50,078 nt of DNA from Girardia tigrina. Taxonomy: Eukaryota. The stretch is from the NCBI GenBank assembly GCA_001938485.1, contig MQRK01245632.1, positions 1 to 50,078 of the forward strand, given 5' to 3'. The notes beneath the pieces are model-generated. The model was not told where the DNA came from. It searched no databases and saw nothing but the letters and a program-made list of their open reading frames with translations. This document shows positions 36,780-47,868 of the stretch, piece after piece. Within the stretch, counting starts at the first letter, position 1; every line of letters begins with the position of its first letter. Made by a program: the position numbers and the translations under genes.

Positions 36780-38019
36780 TTAGGTTTGGGGAAAAGTAAT
36801 CCATTATTTTAATTCATTATTTATTGATCAAACAATTTCAAATTTATGCTCTTTGTCAAGGTAACATTTCACAGTAATTTCACAAAAAAATTTTGCTTTT
36901 TTATTAAGTTCTGAGTTACAGGGTAATAAAAATGGAAGTCAAAAAAGAATTTTACAGTTTTCATTCGATAAAGGCGAAAATGCAAGCCAGGCAGCTGTTA
37001 TTGTGAATGGTGTTTATGGTGCCAATACTGTAACAGCTAATATCACGCAATTTTTGTTTCGTCGATTCCGTGGAGGCATTTTTGATGTTAAAGATGCACC
37101 TCGCACAGACAGGCCTATCGTTGAAAATGTCGATAAAATCTCGGTAATGTTAGAAGTGGACCGGCATGTTAGTAGTCGTAGCGTCGGACAGGAGCTGAAG
37201 ATCGACCACTAAACGGTTTTAAACTATTTGGGCAAAGCAGATTTCAAAAAGAAACTTGATGTTTGGGTTCCACACCAATTAACACCAAAAACATGATGGA
37301 TCGAATTTCCATCTGCGAAGCCTTGGTCAAACGAAATGAAATCGACCCATTTCTTAAACGGATGGTTACTGGGGAAGAGAAATGGGTCACATACGACAAT
37401 ATAGTACGAAAACGATCTTGTTCAAAGTACGGTGAAGCACCTCAAACGGTCGCCAAACAAGGACTAATGGCCAGGAAGGTTCTACTGTTTATTTGGTGGG
37501 ACTGGAAAGGAATCATTTATTATGAGTTGCTTCCGTATGTCCAAACACTAAATTCAGGTCTCTACTGTCAACAACTGGACCGTTTGAAGATAGCAATTGA
37601 TAAGAAGCGAGCAGATTCGGTCAACAGAAGAGTTTTTGTGTTCCATCACGACAACACTAGACCACATACGTCTGTAGTGACTCGCCAGAAACTCAAGGAG
37701 CTTGGTTGGGAAGTTTTACTGCATCCACGATATAGTCCGGACCTGGCACCAAGCGATTACCCCTTTTTCTCGCATTGCAAAATTTCCTGAGTGATAAGAA
37801 ATTGGAATCAATAGAAGATTATGAAAATCGATTACTACAGTTTTTCGCCAATAAGGAACAGGACTTCTACGAGAGAGGCATTATGAAGTTACCTTCAAAA
37901 TGGCAACTAATTATACATCAAAACGGTGCATATTTGACTACATGAGGACAATCCGAAACATGTTAAATAAAGTTTTTAATTTCACGCCAAAATACTGGAT
38001 TTCTTTTTCCCCAACCTAA
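36780..38019 (+). mobile_element. Mariner transposon, mellifera subfamily (Ammar1/Famar1-like), inactive
   Basis: Imperfect TIRs TTAGGTT(T)GGGGAAAA with TA flanks. Transposase from 36932 reads DKGENASQAA, DAPRTDRP, WVPHQLTPKNMMDRISIC, VTGEEKW (first D mutated), [16 protein letters not shown], with stops and frameshifts. Confidence 0.93.
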
Positions 38020-39319
38020 TACATTAAATATTTAATACAGAATTTAATAAAGTATACAGTATTATTTGTGAGAAGTGGTTGCAACGTCTATATCAGAATT
38101 CATTTTTTTTAAAACACCAAAATTTATTAATATAACAATTCACATTTCTAAAACAAATTTTCCTGTTAATTTAATTTAATTANNNNNNNNNNNNNNNNNN
38201 NNNNNNNNNNNNNNNNNNNNNNNNNNNNNNNNNNNNNNNNNNNNNNNNNNNNNNNNNNNNNNNNNNNNNNNNNNNNNNNNNNNNNNNNNNNNNNNNNNNN
38301 NNNNNNNNNNNNNNNNNNNNNNNNNNNNNNNNNNTATAATTTTTAATTTTTTAAAATATTTAATAAGCAAATTAACATAAAAATATTTTACCCTTTGAAT
38401 TAAAAAATAATAAACTATTCAGGCGAGATAAAAATTTAAATTAACCCCTCATAATGGACATTCATTCTTTCATTTGCAGTACGTATAATCTTAAAGGTGC
38501 ACTCTAGTTTACGCTTCTCAGAGGCGTGTGCAAAAAAAGGTAGAATATGATCAGTTTAATGAAAAATTGTTTAATAATTTATTTTCTATGTTTATAACTA
38601 TTATATTTTACATTTTATTAAAAAAAACTCAAAATAGCAAACAAATTTTTAGTACAAATACGAGAAATAAACAGAAAGTTTTATTTTAATTTCTTTTCAA
38701 GAAAAGTGCCTGAGGAAGCTTTACGTTTTAATACGAAACTCGTTAATGAGAATTCAGAATATTTCTTATAACTTCTAAACGGGATTTACATAAAATTCCA
38801 ATTCGTAAATCCCTCAATCCTACTCGAAATGCGTCAGGAATGTTAAAAATCTTTTCAATTTTACAATTTCACATTCTAAATCACAAAATTATGAAATAAA
38901 TTTAAATCATTTCCGTATGTGGCTTTGCTATGTTGAGGAGAATAATTCGTGTCTCTAATTCTCATAAGGAATGAAGGAAATAGGATTTTTTCTAATTGAA
39001 GATTTTTTTTATCATTAGATGATTTCTTAAATCATTTTACATTAATTATTAATGGAAAAATTTTGTTGTTAATCTGAAAAAGAAAATTACAAACAATGTC
39101 TTAATTAAATAAGTTATTTTTATCTTGATTTAATAATGATGATATTTTTATATTTATTTGTAACGATTAACTTCAATCTGGATGAAAAGAGTTTAAAAAC
39201 TTAAAAAATGAATTGTTGAAATCAACTAACAATGAATGAAATTTTATAATTATATTATAACCTCATAAAATTCAAAATATATTTAGTACTAATCTATTAC
39301 AACTTAATTTCATTACCAT

Positions 39320-39664
39320 CTGATGTTCTGGCCGCCGGACTGATCGGTCGGAGAAGAAGCCTGAGCACTATGTGAGAGTATATACTCCAGTTCGACCATG
39401 CGGAAACTGACTGGATATGGTTCGGGCGTCCGCTATCGAAACAGCCAGCAGCAGTTCCCCATTCTTGGTTGGCATATATATGGCGATTGTTTGAATATCG
39501 GTGGGGATAAATTCGGTTACTTCGTCGACTCGCTGTCCGACGGCCACCCGGAACGTACGGTAGAGTTAATCGGGTGACATTCCCTTGAGTGGCGCGGCGA
39601 AAGGTCCGAGCGGATCGACCACATCGTTCGCGAATTAACACAGTTTATTAACATATATAATTAA
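39320..39664 (+). pseudogene. GC-rich island encoding a disabled PDZ-like (RIM/Piccolo-type) fragment
   Basis: The frame from 39323 reads ...FPILGWHIYGDCLNIGGDKFGYFVDSLSDGHPERTVELIG*HSLEWRGE... A shifted frame supplies GDI before LEWRG (compare recalled RIM MLGLKVVGG...AFITKV..G...GDEVLEWNG). Confidence 0.5.
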
Positions 39665-39884
39665 ATACCAGATGTACCAATCGTGAAGGAAAGAGAAAAG
39701 ACGATAGTATATCTATTAACATTAATTCAATAAGAAAATCCACATTCAATGTGGATACCTACTTCATAATTTAATTAATTTAATTAATTTCATACCTACA
39801 CAATTTTTCAATTTTCTTTAACGTTTTTCAGTCACTCGTTTATTTAAAAAAAAATTTTTATTAAAATTTTTTTGATTTAATTAA

Positions 39885-40121
39885 CAGTAAGGTTCCTCTT
39901 TACCGCCATAAACGAGACTTGGTAAAAATTTGGCGGTTAACAAAAACTAAGGAATAAATAAAAACTCCTGGAAGCCGACGAAATCGACCGAAAACCAAGC
40001 AGGTCGTTATTAACCGCTAAAAGTTCTGATTTTTCTCAATTTCACAGAGAAAGTTTCTACAAGCCGCCAATTTCTGCTCAAGCCATTTTTTAAAAACTTG
40101 TGGTTTAGAGGAACTTTACTA
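39885..40121. mobile_element. Tigger/pogo-type MITE
   Basis: CAGTAAGGTTCCTCT..ACC versus reverse complement TAGTAAAGTTCCTCTAAACC. The internal GGAAGCCGACGAAATCGACCGAAAAC is also found at about 4195-4220. Confidence 0.55.
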
Positions 40122-40487
40122 TTGTGAGATGTTACAAAATTAAATAAAAATTAATTTAAAGGTATTATGTAATCAACAAATTTAGAATCTTTCTAAATTT
40201 GTATTATATATACACACATATATTTACGGGTCGAGAGCAGAGTTAACCTTCTTTTATTTAATATATAAACTATGTATGTGTGTTAGTATGTTAGTTTAGT
40301 AAATATATTTTAGAGTAGAATCTTTGTCTTCTAACATGACAACCTACGCGAATTTCCTCAATCGCATGATTCCAGAAGCGTTCAATGTACAACAAGATAT
40401 CAACGAATTTATTACGGACTGTAATAGATTCTTAAATCTGATGAAAAAGTCATCTTAAAAACAAAACTCATCCATTTTAATATATAT

Positions 40488-40532
40488 AAAGACAACTTAT
40501 TTCGATGGATCAACCGTCATCTTCAGGTCACT
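40488..40532 (-). ncRNA. Minimal type-I hammerhead ribozyme
   Basis: GAC-CUGAAGA-U-GACGG-UUGAU-CCAUC-GAAA-UAAG-UU-GUC; stem I is GAC/GUC. Confidence 0.7.
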
Positions 40533-41355
40533 GATTAATAATTTAATTCATCTGCATATAAATGAAAAAATACGATAGTTTTTTTGAATACAAATATAAA
40601 AGAAACGTAAATAAAGGTTTAATTTATCGATCTTGGTGGTTGTCTTCAACTTAACCTAAATATGTAGAAATGGTTAATAAACTAAGTTCCTTGTTAAATC
40701 AAATTCTTGAAAAATGAATAACAAAAACAGAGGATAATATACTTTTAAAACAAATTCTAAAATTCAAATTGTTGTTTCGCCTGATTGTACTAAGAAAGAA
40801 ATTGAAGTAGCATTAGATATTAATAATATGCCTAAATATTATTTAATTGTACATTTTTCTGAAGGATTTAAAACTTAACAGATAAATTGTTAAAACTAAC
40901 TAACAATGAATTAGATTTTAAAATTATATCAGAATCTCATATAATTCAAAATGTGTTCAGTACTAAATTTTTACACCTTTAACAATTTGTTCTAATATTG
41001 TTTCTGAATGTAAAAGTAATAGGTGCGATGCTGTATACATTGGAGAGACTGCCCGACTTTTGAGTTCAAGAACATTGTCGAAAAGAGGGTAAGAATAATA
41101 TTTTAGAACACAGTAAAAAATATATATATTTGATATTCATAATATTCATAATCTCAAGATTTTGTGTAGCATTTTGATAATTATTTGAAGAGTGTCGTGT
41201 GAAGCATTGTTAATTAGGTTACGTAATGTAAAATCAATGTTAAATTGTCAGTCTCAACCAGCTTATTGAGAATTTTTAATTAGCGTGATTCCATTCAATC
41301 GATTACATAATCATTATTTTCTCTATTTATATACAGGTGAATTAAATTATTATTC

Positions 41356-41400
41356 AGTGACCTGAAGATGACAGTTGATCCGACGAAATATATTATCTTT
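41356..41400 (+). ncRNA. Minimal type-I hammerhead ribozyme (stem II decayed)
   Basis: GAC-CUGAAGA-U-GACAG-UUGAU-CCGAC-GAAA-UAUA-UU-AUC, with a palindromic UAUA stem III. Confidence 0.6.
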
Positions 41401-41449
41401 AAATATATTTTTTAAAGGATGGATTTTTTATTCTTTCGTTTCTTTTTTT

Positions 41450-42296
41450 TCATGATTGCTTTTCGATCTGGCATTTTGTGTTTTCGTGTGTTTTTGTCGT
41501 TTCTTAGCCTCTTCGGTCTTTTCCTTCTTCTCTGACTCTGGCAGTTATAACTACCGGATCGTGGTCTGAACCACAGTCAAATCCTGGATAGCTTTCTTTC
41601 ATTAAGAAAGAGATCAAGTAATGACATCCTAGATGTTGCTGGGTGAGTCCAGCTCGTTCTCTGGCTAAGTTTTTTCCTGTAAAAGGTGTTTTCAACACGC
41701 AGTCCACATGATATCGCCATCTCGGTATCATTTCTCTTTTTCCTCGTGTGTTGACCCGCAGTTCGTCATGACATACACTCCGATTAGTATAATTGATTTC
41801 CTGATGTACCTGCAAATAAAAAGTCGATCATTAATTGGTCTAAAATCCAGTTTGGTCGGGTCATCTTCTCTGATCATCAGTGCAACTCTTCTTTCTCTCC
41901 CTGTTCCAATTGCACAGCCACTGTGGAGAATTCGCCATCTGTCGTATTCAGTAGTTTCATTGCCCTAGCAATGTGTTTTGGTCAGGATACACGCCTCTGT
42001 TTTCGTTTTTTTCAGAGCCTCATTTATTGAAAGTATTTTCTCGTTGTTTAGTCTTCGCACATTCCAGGTTCCCACATTCAATCCTCCGTGTTTGGTCCTT
42101 GTGTCGCCGGAACCGATCGGGAGCTTAATGACTTCGGGTCCTTCCAGACCCCTTGTTTGGGTTTCGAAAGCGTTCTTCATATCCACAGGCAGGATTGATA
42201 GCCATGTAAGTTTTGTTACTACATTCGCCTAGAAAAGGACTTTAACCCATCTAGTTTCTAAGGATCCACCACGAGGAGGAGGGTAACACAGATCCC
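41450..42296 (-). mobile_element. APE-type (RTE-like) LINE: 5' end and endonuclease only
   Basis: LNVGTWNVRRL, ILTKT, ILHSG, INDRL, ENTFY, SWTHP, LLDLFL and CGSDHDPV, with stops and frameshifts; HDV-like ribozyme at the 5' terminus. Confidence 0.85.
42214..42296 (-). ncRNA. HDV-like self-cleaving ribozyme (partly decayed)
   Basis: P1 GGGAUCU/GGAUCCU with a G1.U wobble; P2 UGUUAC/GUAACA; P3 (U)CC/GG(U) around L3 UCCUCGU; P4 CUAGA...UCUAG; J4/2 GCGAAU containing the catalytic C. The P1.1 GG is replaced by UA. Confidence 0.8.
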
Positions 42297-42740
42297 AAGT
42301 TTGCTTAGTAGTAAATCTATCACTTCAACTGGGTTATGTTCCAATTTAGTTGATCAATATAAATGTAATGGGTGTGACGCCATATACATTGGAGAGACTT
42401 GTCGTCATCTCTGTAAACGGATTTAGGAACATAATCGCAGGGAAAGTGATAGCAATATTGCTCAACATAAGAAGAATTGTTTGAATAGTAAAGTTGATGT
42501 AAGTTATTTTAAGATTTTGTGTTCACAGTTTGATAATTACTGGGAGAGGGTGATGTGTGAAGCATTGTTGATCAAATCTTTTGGTCTTAAAACAATGTGC
42601 AAATCTCTTCAACTTTATTGAAAGTATTTTCATGATTTAAATGACATAATGATTACATAAACATTGCTTTGATATATAAACGCGAGTATATCATTGTTAA
42701 TTCAGTCTGATGATGACGGTTGATCTATCGAAATTAATAA
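42297..42740 (+). mobile_element. Penelope-like GIY-YIG endonuclease fragment and pLTR
   Basis: NLVDQYKCNGCDAIYIGETCRHLCKRI*EH, SNIAQH and FKILCSQFDNYWERVMCEALLIKS. Confidence 0.85.
42701..42738 (+). ncRNA. Minimal hammerhead ribozyme core (stems I and III decayed)
   Basis: CUGAUGA-U-GACGG-UUGAU-CUAUC-GAAA, homologous to the copies at 40488 and 41356. Confidence 0.6.
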
Positions 42741-43668
42741 GAATATATTTTGACGAAAATTTTTTGTGTTTTAAAAATACCACAAAAAATTAAATAAATA
42801 TTAATTTTTATCACATGTTATATAATTACTATTTTTTTAAATAACCTTTTTTATTATTTAAAATTTATTTTAAAAAAGAGAATAAAATAGAAATATCTAC
42901 GACATTATCAAGTGTAATTACAAATATGATTATTTTTATTTTTTACTTTTGTATTGCAAGAAAAATAATAAAATTGATTTTGTAATAAATACTTTTTTAT
43001 GACTTTTTTCATTATATATCTAAGAATTTTCCATTTATTTACAAAACAAAAACTTGATATCAAAATTTATTTGAATTTTAAAATATTAATCAACTCTAAT
43101 TATTTAAGTCAGTGTCGGACAACCTTTTTCGAGTTGCGACACCTTAAACTTAAAACCTTTTTTCGCGGTGCACCTACGGGACTCACTATAAATTTACTTG
43201 TATGTAATTACAATATATAAATAAATACTATTAAATAATTTTTTAGTTTTGAGAGAATTTAGAATACATAATATAAGAGCGTTTCTTAATAATGTTTAAT
43301 TAAAATTACCTTGAGTAAAAAGTGAGTGAGAATCACGATAAAAATAAATTATAAGCACAGGGTTTTTGCGCCACAACAAAAATTATTTTTCAGTTTTTTA
43401 ACCAACAGATTTTACTGTGTGTGCAAAACTCACTGTGTGTTTTACAACGATGCAAAAATACGACTAATATTGCAACAGCAATACTTGGACGAAAACTCCG
43501 AAATGTATCATTTGTATTTTTTTCATCTTTTCTAGCCGTGCACGTGCATCAACAGAAAGAAATTTTATCGCTTTAATTCAAAAACAGTCGACGATTCCGC
43601 TACGTTGCGAAGCGAAGCAGCTATATAAATCTTAATAATAACAATCTGACAACCCATATATATTCACA

Positions 43669-43817
43669 TATAAAATATTTTTCAAAACATTTTCTTTTAA
43701 TTCGACCAAAAGTTCAATAACCAATGATTTTAAATATTTGACAAAAATGTTAGCGGCGCACCGGTTGCCTGACATTGATGCAAACAAATCAGGAATTTCA
43801 TAAAATTGATCTGGATC
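43669..43817 (-). CDS. Candidate host exon, unknown product
   Basis: TATAAG|GATCCAGAT...TTTATAT|GTGAAT; open frame DPDQFYEIPDLFASMSGNRCAANIFVKYLKSLVIELLVEL. Loose resemblance to aminopeptidase ERAP1-C helices is speculative. Confidence 0.25.
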
Positions 43818-43833
43818 CTTATAATAATTGATC

Positions 43834-43902
43834 ATATATATATATATATATANNNNNNNNNNNNNNNNNNNNNNNNNNNNNNNNNNNNNNNNNNNNNNNN
43901 NN

Positions 43903-43940
<38 letters not shown>
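43834..43940. repeat. (TA)n microsatellite spanning an assembly gap
   Basis: Direct reading. Confidence 0.95.
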
Positions 43941-43943
<3 letters not shown>

Positions 43944-46576
43944 TGAGGATTATTTACTATAAATATCAATATAACAAATTAATTAACTTCACAATATCTT
44001 CTTTTCATAAATATACATAACATTTCTACAGACTTATCCCCTATTTATTTTAATTTTCAAACTGTAAAAACATATTAATTTTTCATTATTATAAATTTTT
44101 CTTAAAGGTATCTGTTTAGGCAACTACTTACGCTTTAATTTTTTAATTTTCAATTAAATCAATGCTCTTACCCTTCAGCTTTTAATTATAAAAAAAACTA
44201 CTTTATCATTATTAAAAAATAATTTTTGAGGTATATTTAGTAAATACCTTACTTAATTAGAAGTTTAGTAAAAAATATGTGCTTAAATTTTTATAAATAA
44301 ATAATAAAAAAAACCTTTATTATATGAAGTAAAATACAAAGATAACTGATAACTACAAAAAATAAATAAAATATATTTATTGATAATAAAATTTGGAATT
44401 TTTTATTTTACCAAGCTAATTTTTCATTTTAAAATGAAACTTTTTTCATCATAAAGTGAGACATCAAAAATTAATAATTCTTTTCTCTTCGTAAAGTCAT
44501 AGAAATAATTTACTTTTGTGTAAATATTTTTAGCCTTCATAAATAAAATAAAAAACTTTTATTAAATTTTAAATTTTGTAAAATATAACTATAATTAAGG
44601 AATTTAGATATATTTAATTCGGAATTTTTCATTTTACAATGTGAATTTTTGATTTAAAATTGAGAGTTTTTTCATCTTAAATTGAGATTTTTATCAAATT
44701 TTAATAATTATTTGTCCTTCTTGTAATCATGGAAATAACAGAATAAAGTTTAACTACTTTGAAAAGTAAATGATTTTCACAAAAAAAACTATTTCCACGA
44801 TTATACGAAGAACAAGTAGCTATTAGTAATTTAAAAAACCCAATTTAAAATGAAAATCTTTCAAATAAAACTAAGTCTCAATTCCAAAAGTTAGTCTCAG
44901 TCACTATATTAGGATAGTGATAATATTAAAATAGTATCACTAAAAAGTTGTGTGGTAAAGAAAACAATCTCAAAAATTCATAATAAATGAAAGTGCTTTC
45001 TTTAACAAATATATTGATAATTTATAACTATAACGGAAAGATGTACAAGAAAAGAAATTTTTCTCGATCACAACAACCAAAAACAGGTCGATTGGTTTTT
45101 TAAAGAAATATCCGTTACTTGCTTTATTTTTCGTTAGAACTGAATTGTTAGGTTATTGCCTTTCTCAGATCGTCTTGATTATTAACGTCTCCAATTAGAG
45201 ATTTGATTTTTTTATTATTGACTGGTTGTAAATTGAAGGGATTGGTTGAGGAAAGACGGAATAGTTATAGTTTACAATTATTATCTAATTTTCGCTTTTG
45301 TTGGAAAAACGGAATTTTTTAATTATTATTTCTTTCGGATCTCGTTGTTGTTCTTCGGAACTTTCTTTTACTGATTGGAAACTTAGTGAATTGGCTAAGA
45401 AAATGGTGAAGTGATGAAATTTTCTAGGAAACTTCTTATTCTTCTAATTCAAAATCCAAATTTGTCGATTCAATTAATAATTATTGATTCAATTATTTAT
45501 TCAATTTTGGCTGTTATTTTTAGACATTTATTTTTGGCAAACTGCTGCCTCTCAACACAAAAATTTACAGAGTTCATTTACAAAAAATACCCACAATGTA
45601 CTTTTACAGAATTAATTAGGAGTTATCAGTTAAATATGTATTTATTTTTAAAAAAAGAAATAATTTAAATTGAGCTTATCTAAGACTGCAAATGAAGTAA
45701 TTTGATATTCTTTATGTTTCGATTTTCGGATCTCTCAATTACGAATTACGGAACTAATTTCAACAAAGAAATTAATTTCAAAAAAATAAATATTATTTAT
45801 TATTTTTTTTAATTTTATAGTGTTATGATCATGCTAAATCCTCACCTCAAACCCTAATTAGTTATTTTTTTTAACATAAGATTCATTGATGATGTTAATT
45901 ATGTTAATATTATCAGTCATAATTTTTATTAATTTTTAAACTGATTAATTTTTTAAAAAACTCAAACTTACAAATAAAATTTAATTCTATTTTAATTTAA
46001 TGTTATCTATTCTAAATAATATTTACTTTGAAACTCAAAAAAACATTTTATTCTAAAACATTAAAAACTTTAAATTTAGATCAAATAAAATTTAAAAATT
46101 ATTTACAGCTTAAATTAGTGTTTTCAAAAATTATGTACTTTTTAAATTATAATTTCATTAATATTTTGAAACTTGATTAAAAAATTTAATTGGTAATTTT
46201 TTCATTTAATCGTTTTTAAATTATGAAAATTTTGTCGGTGAAAGAAAATTAACTGACTCATAATTTAAATTATTTTTTTCTGTTTAAATTTCCCTTGTAA
46301 ACCACATAGACAAAGTGTACTTTTTCAACATAAATTAGAAATTTTTTTATTTCAAGGGATGAATTTATTATTCTTAAAAAACAATAGCAATTTCCATCTT
46401 GAATTTATAAGATAGTTAGAAAATTAATGATAAAACCTATGACTGGAGATCTTTTTATAATATTTGTATTAAACTATTATTTTAATTTTATTTTATATAA
46501 TTTTTAATTTAATTGTTTTTATATGATTTTTAATTGACACATAAATTCTCTCAAGTTATGCCTAATAAATTTGAGA

Positions 46577-47390
46577 TAGTTTATTCAAAACGAATTTTAA
46601 CCCGTTAAACAAAAATTTAAGCAACTGCGTTTCAGACTCAATTTGCTTGTACGGTTAATAAATATGGATGAAAAAAAGTTTTACGGTTCAATTATAACAT
46701 TTATTGCTCACTTTTCTATTTTCTGCAGAACATTGGATTCTTTATGTTTTTTGGACGACCAAGACGATTTGCTTCTTAATGTCATATTTGCTTCTTTCAT
46801 AATTGTGAGATATAATTAATAACTTAATAATAATTTATAAATAAACTAAATTAAATTAAAAATAATAATGGTTCAAGAATACTTTTAGTAAAACTCTCTA
46901 TTTAGAATTTAAATAAATTAAAATATGTCATGAAATATGACATATTTTAAGGTTGTTTAAATAATCAAAATTATTAGGGAGAATTTAATTTTAGATTAAA
47001 TAAATTTTAGAAGAATATTTTTGTTATTCCTAACAATAATATTGAGGATGTCTTGATACAACTGCCTAATATTAGTAAGTAAAGGCTTCTTATGACAAAA
47101 TATTTTGATTATTCATTTTAAAAGTTATATTATATTTAATATAATATAAAAATTATCAACTTTTTTTTGGAATAAAATCTTAAAATTGCTAGGTCATATT
47201 TATCTTGGATTCATTTCATTCTCCAACAATATTTATTAGTTATAACGATTTTCCATTTTACAACAAAATTTCTATGAATAATGTGTATTTTACAACAATT
47301 AAAATCTGTGCTTAAATAATTTATTGATTTAAATAATCTCAGGAGTTCATTATATTAGAATACATTATATAACTTGATATATATAAAATG
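46577..47390 (+). pseudogene. Candidate spliced host gene fragment (weak resemblance to Lines/LINS1), possibly disabled
   Basis: Phase-compatible exons: ...DSIC-L|GTACGG (ends 46648); TTCTGCAG|46729-46804 (TLDSLCFLDDQDDLLLNVIFASFII)|GTGAGA; TTTTAG|47011-47074|GTAAGT. A later segment reads EFIILEYII*. Confidence 0.35.
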
Positions 47391-47868
47391 TTGAGTAGTT
47401 TAACTTATAAATATTCATACATTAATTATTCTCGGGTTACTCATGTTGATTTGCAGTGATTTGATGAATAGAATTGTAAATAAAATTTGCAGACTTATTT
47501 TAGATTAAATTTTTTTTAATAAGGCGATTTAATATTGTTAACAGAAAATAAAACCAGTTAGACTTTAAAACTCAAATTTTACTCATACATTTAGGAAAAG
47601 CAAATTCACAGTAAAAAATATTTTAAATAAATTTTTCAAATTAGTGAGATCGAATCGACCCGTTTTTGTAGAAATTTTATTGTTTGTTATTACTGATTTT
47701 TAACTCTGTTAATATGAATGGCAAATAAATTATTGTGACTGTAAACGCCTCAAAATCCACTGATACATATAAAAAATAGATTTCCCAAAAGTGCGACATA
47801 TTGAGGAATTATCACCGCTAAATAAGTAATTGAAAGCGTTGCATTTTAACTAGAATTCAAGACAAGAA

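Larger units (their letters stand above)
40488..41400 (+). mobile_element. Penelope-like element fragment: inverted 5' pLTR piece, GIY-YIG region and 3' hammerhead
   Basis: CDAVYIGETARLLSSR and CEALLIR motifs; hammerhead copies in opposite orientations at the two ends. Confidence 0.8.

Noticed and set aside
39297-39641. 114-aa minus-strand ORF as a real gene
   Set aside because: GTG start, Arg-rich, no motif; more likely the antisense of the PDZ-like plus frame.
43621-43634. CTATATAAATCTTA resembling part of a planarian spliced leader
   Set aside because: A 14-nt AT-rich match only; it lacks the SL 5' part, ATG|GT donor and Sm site.
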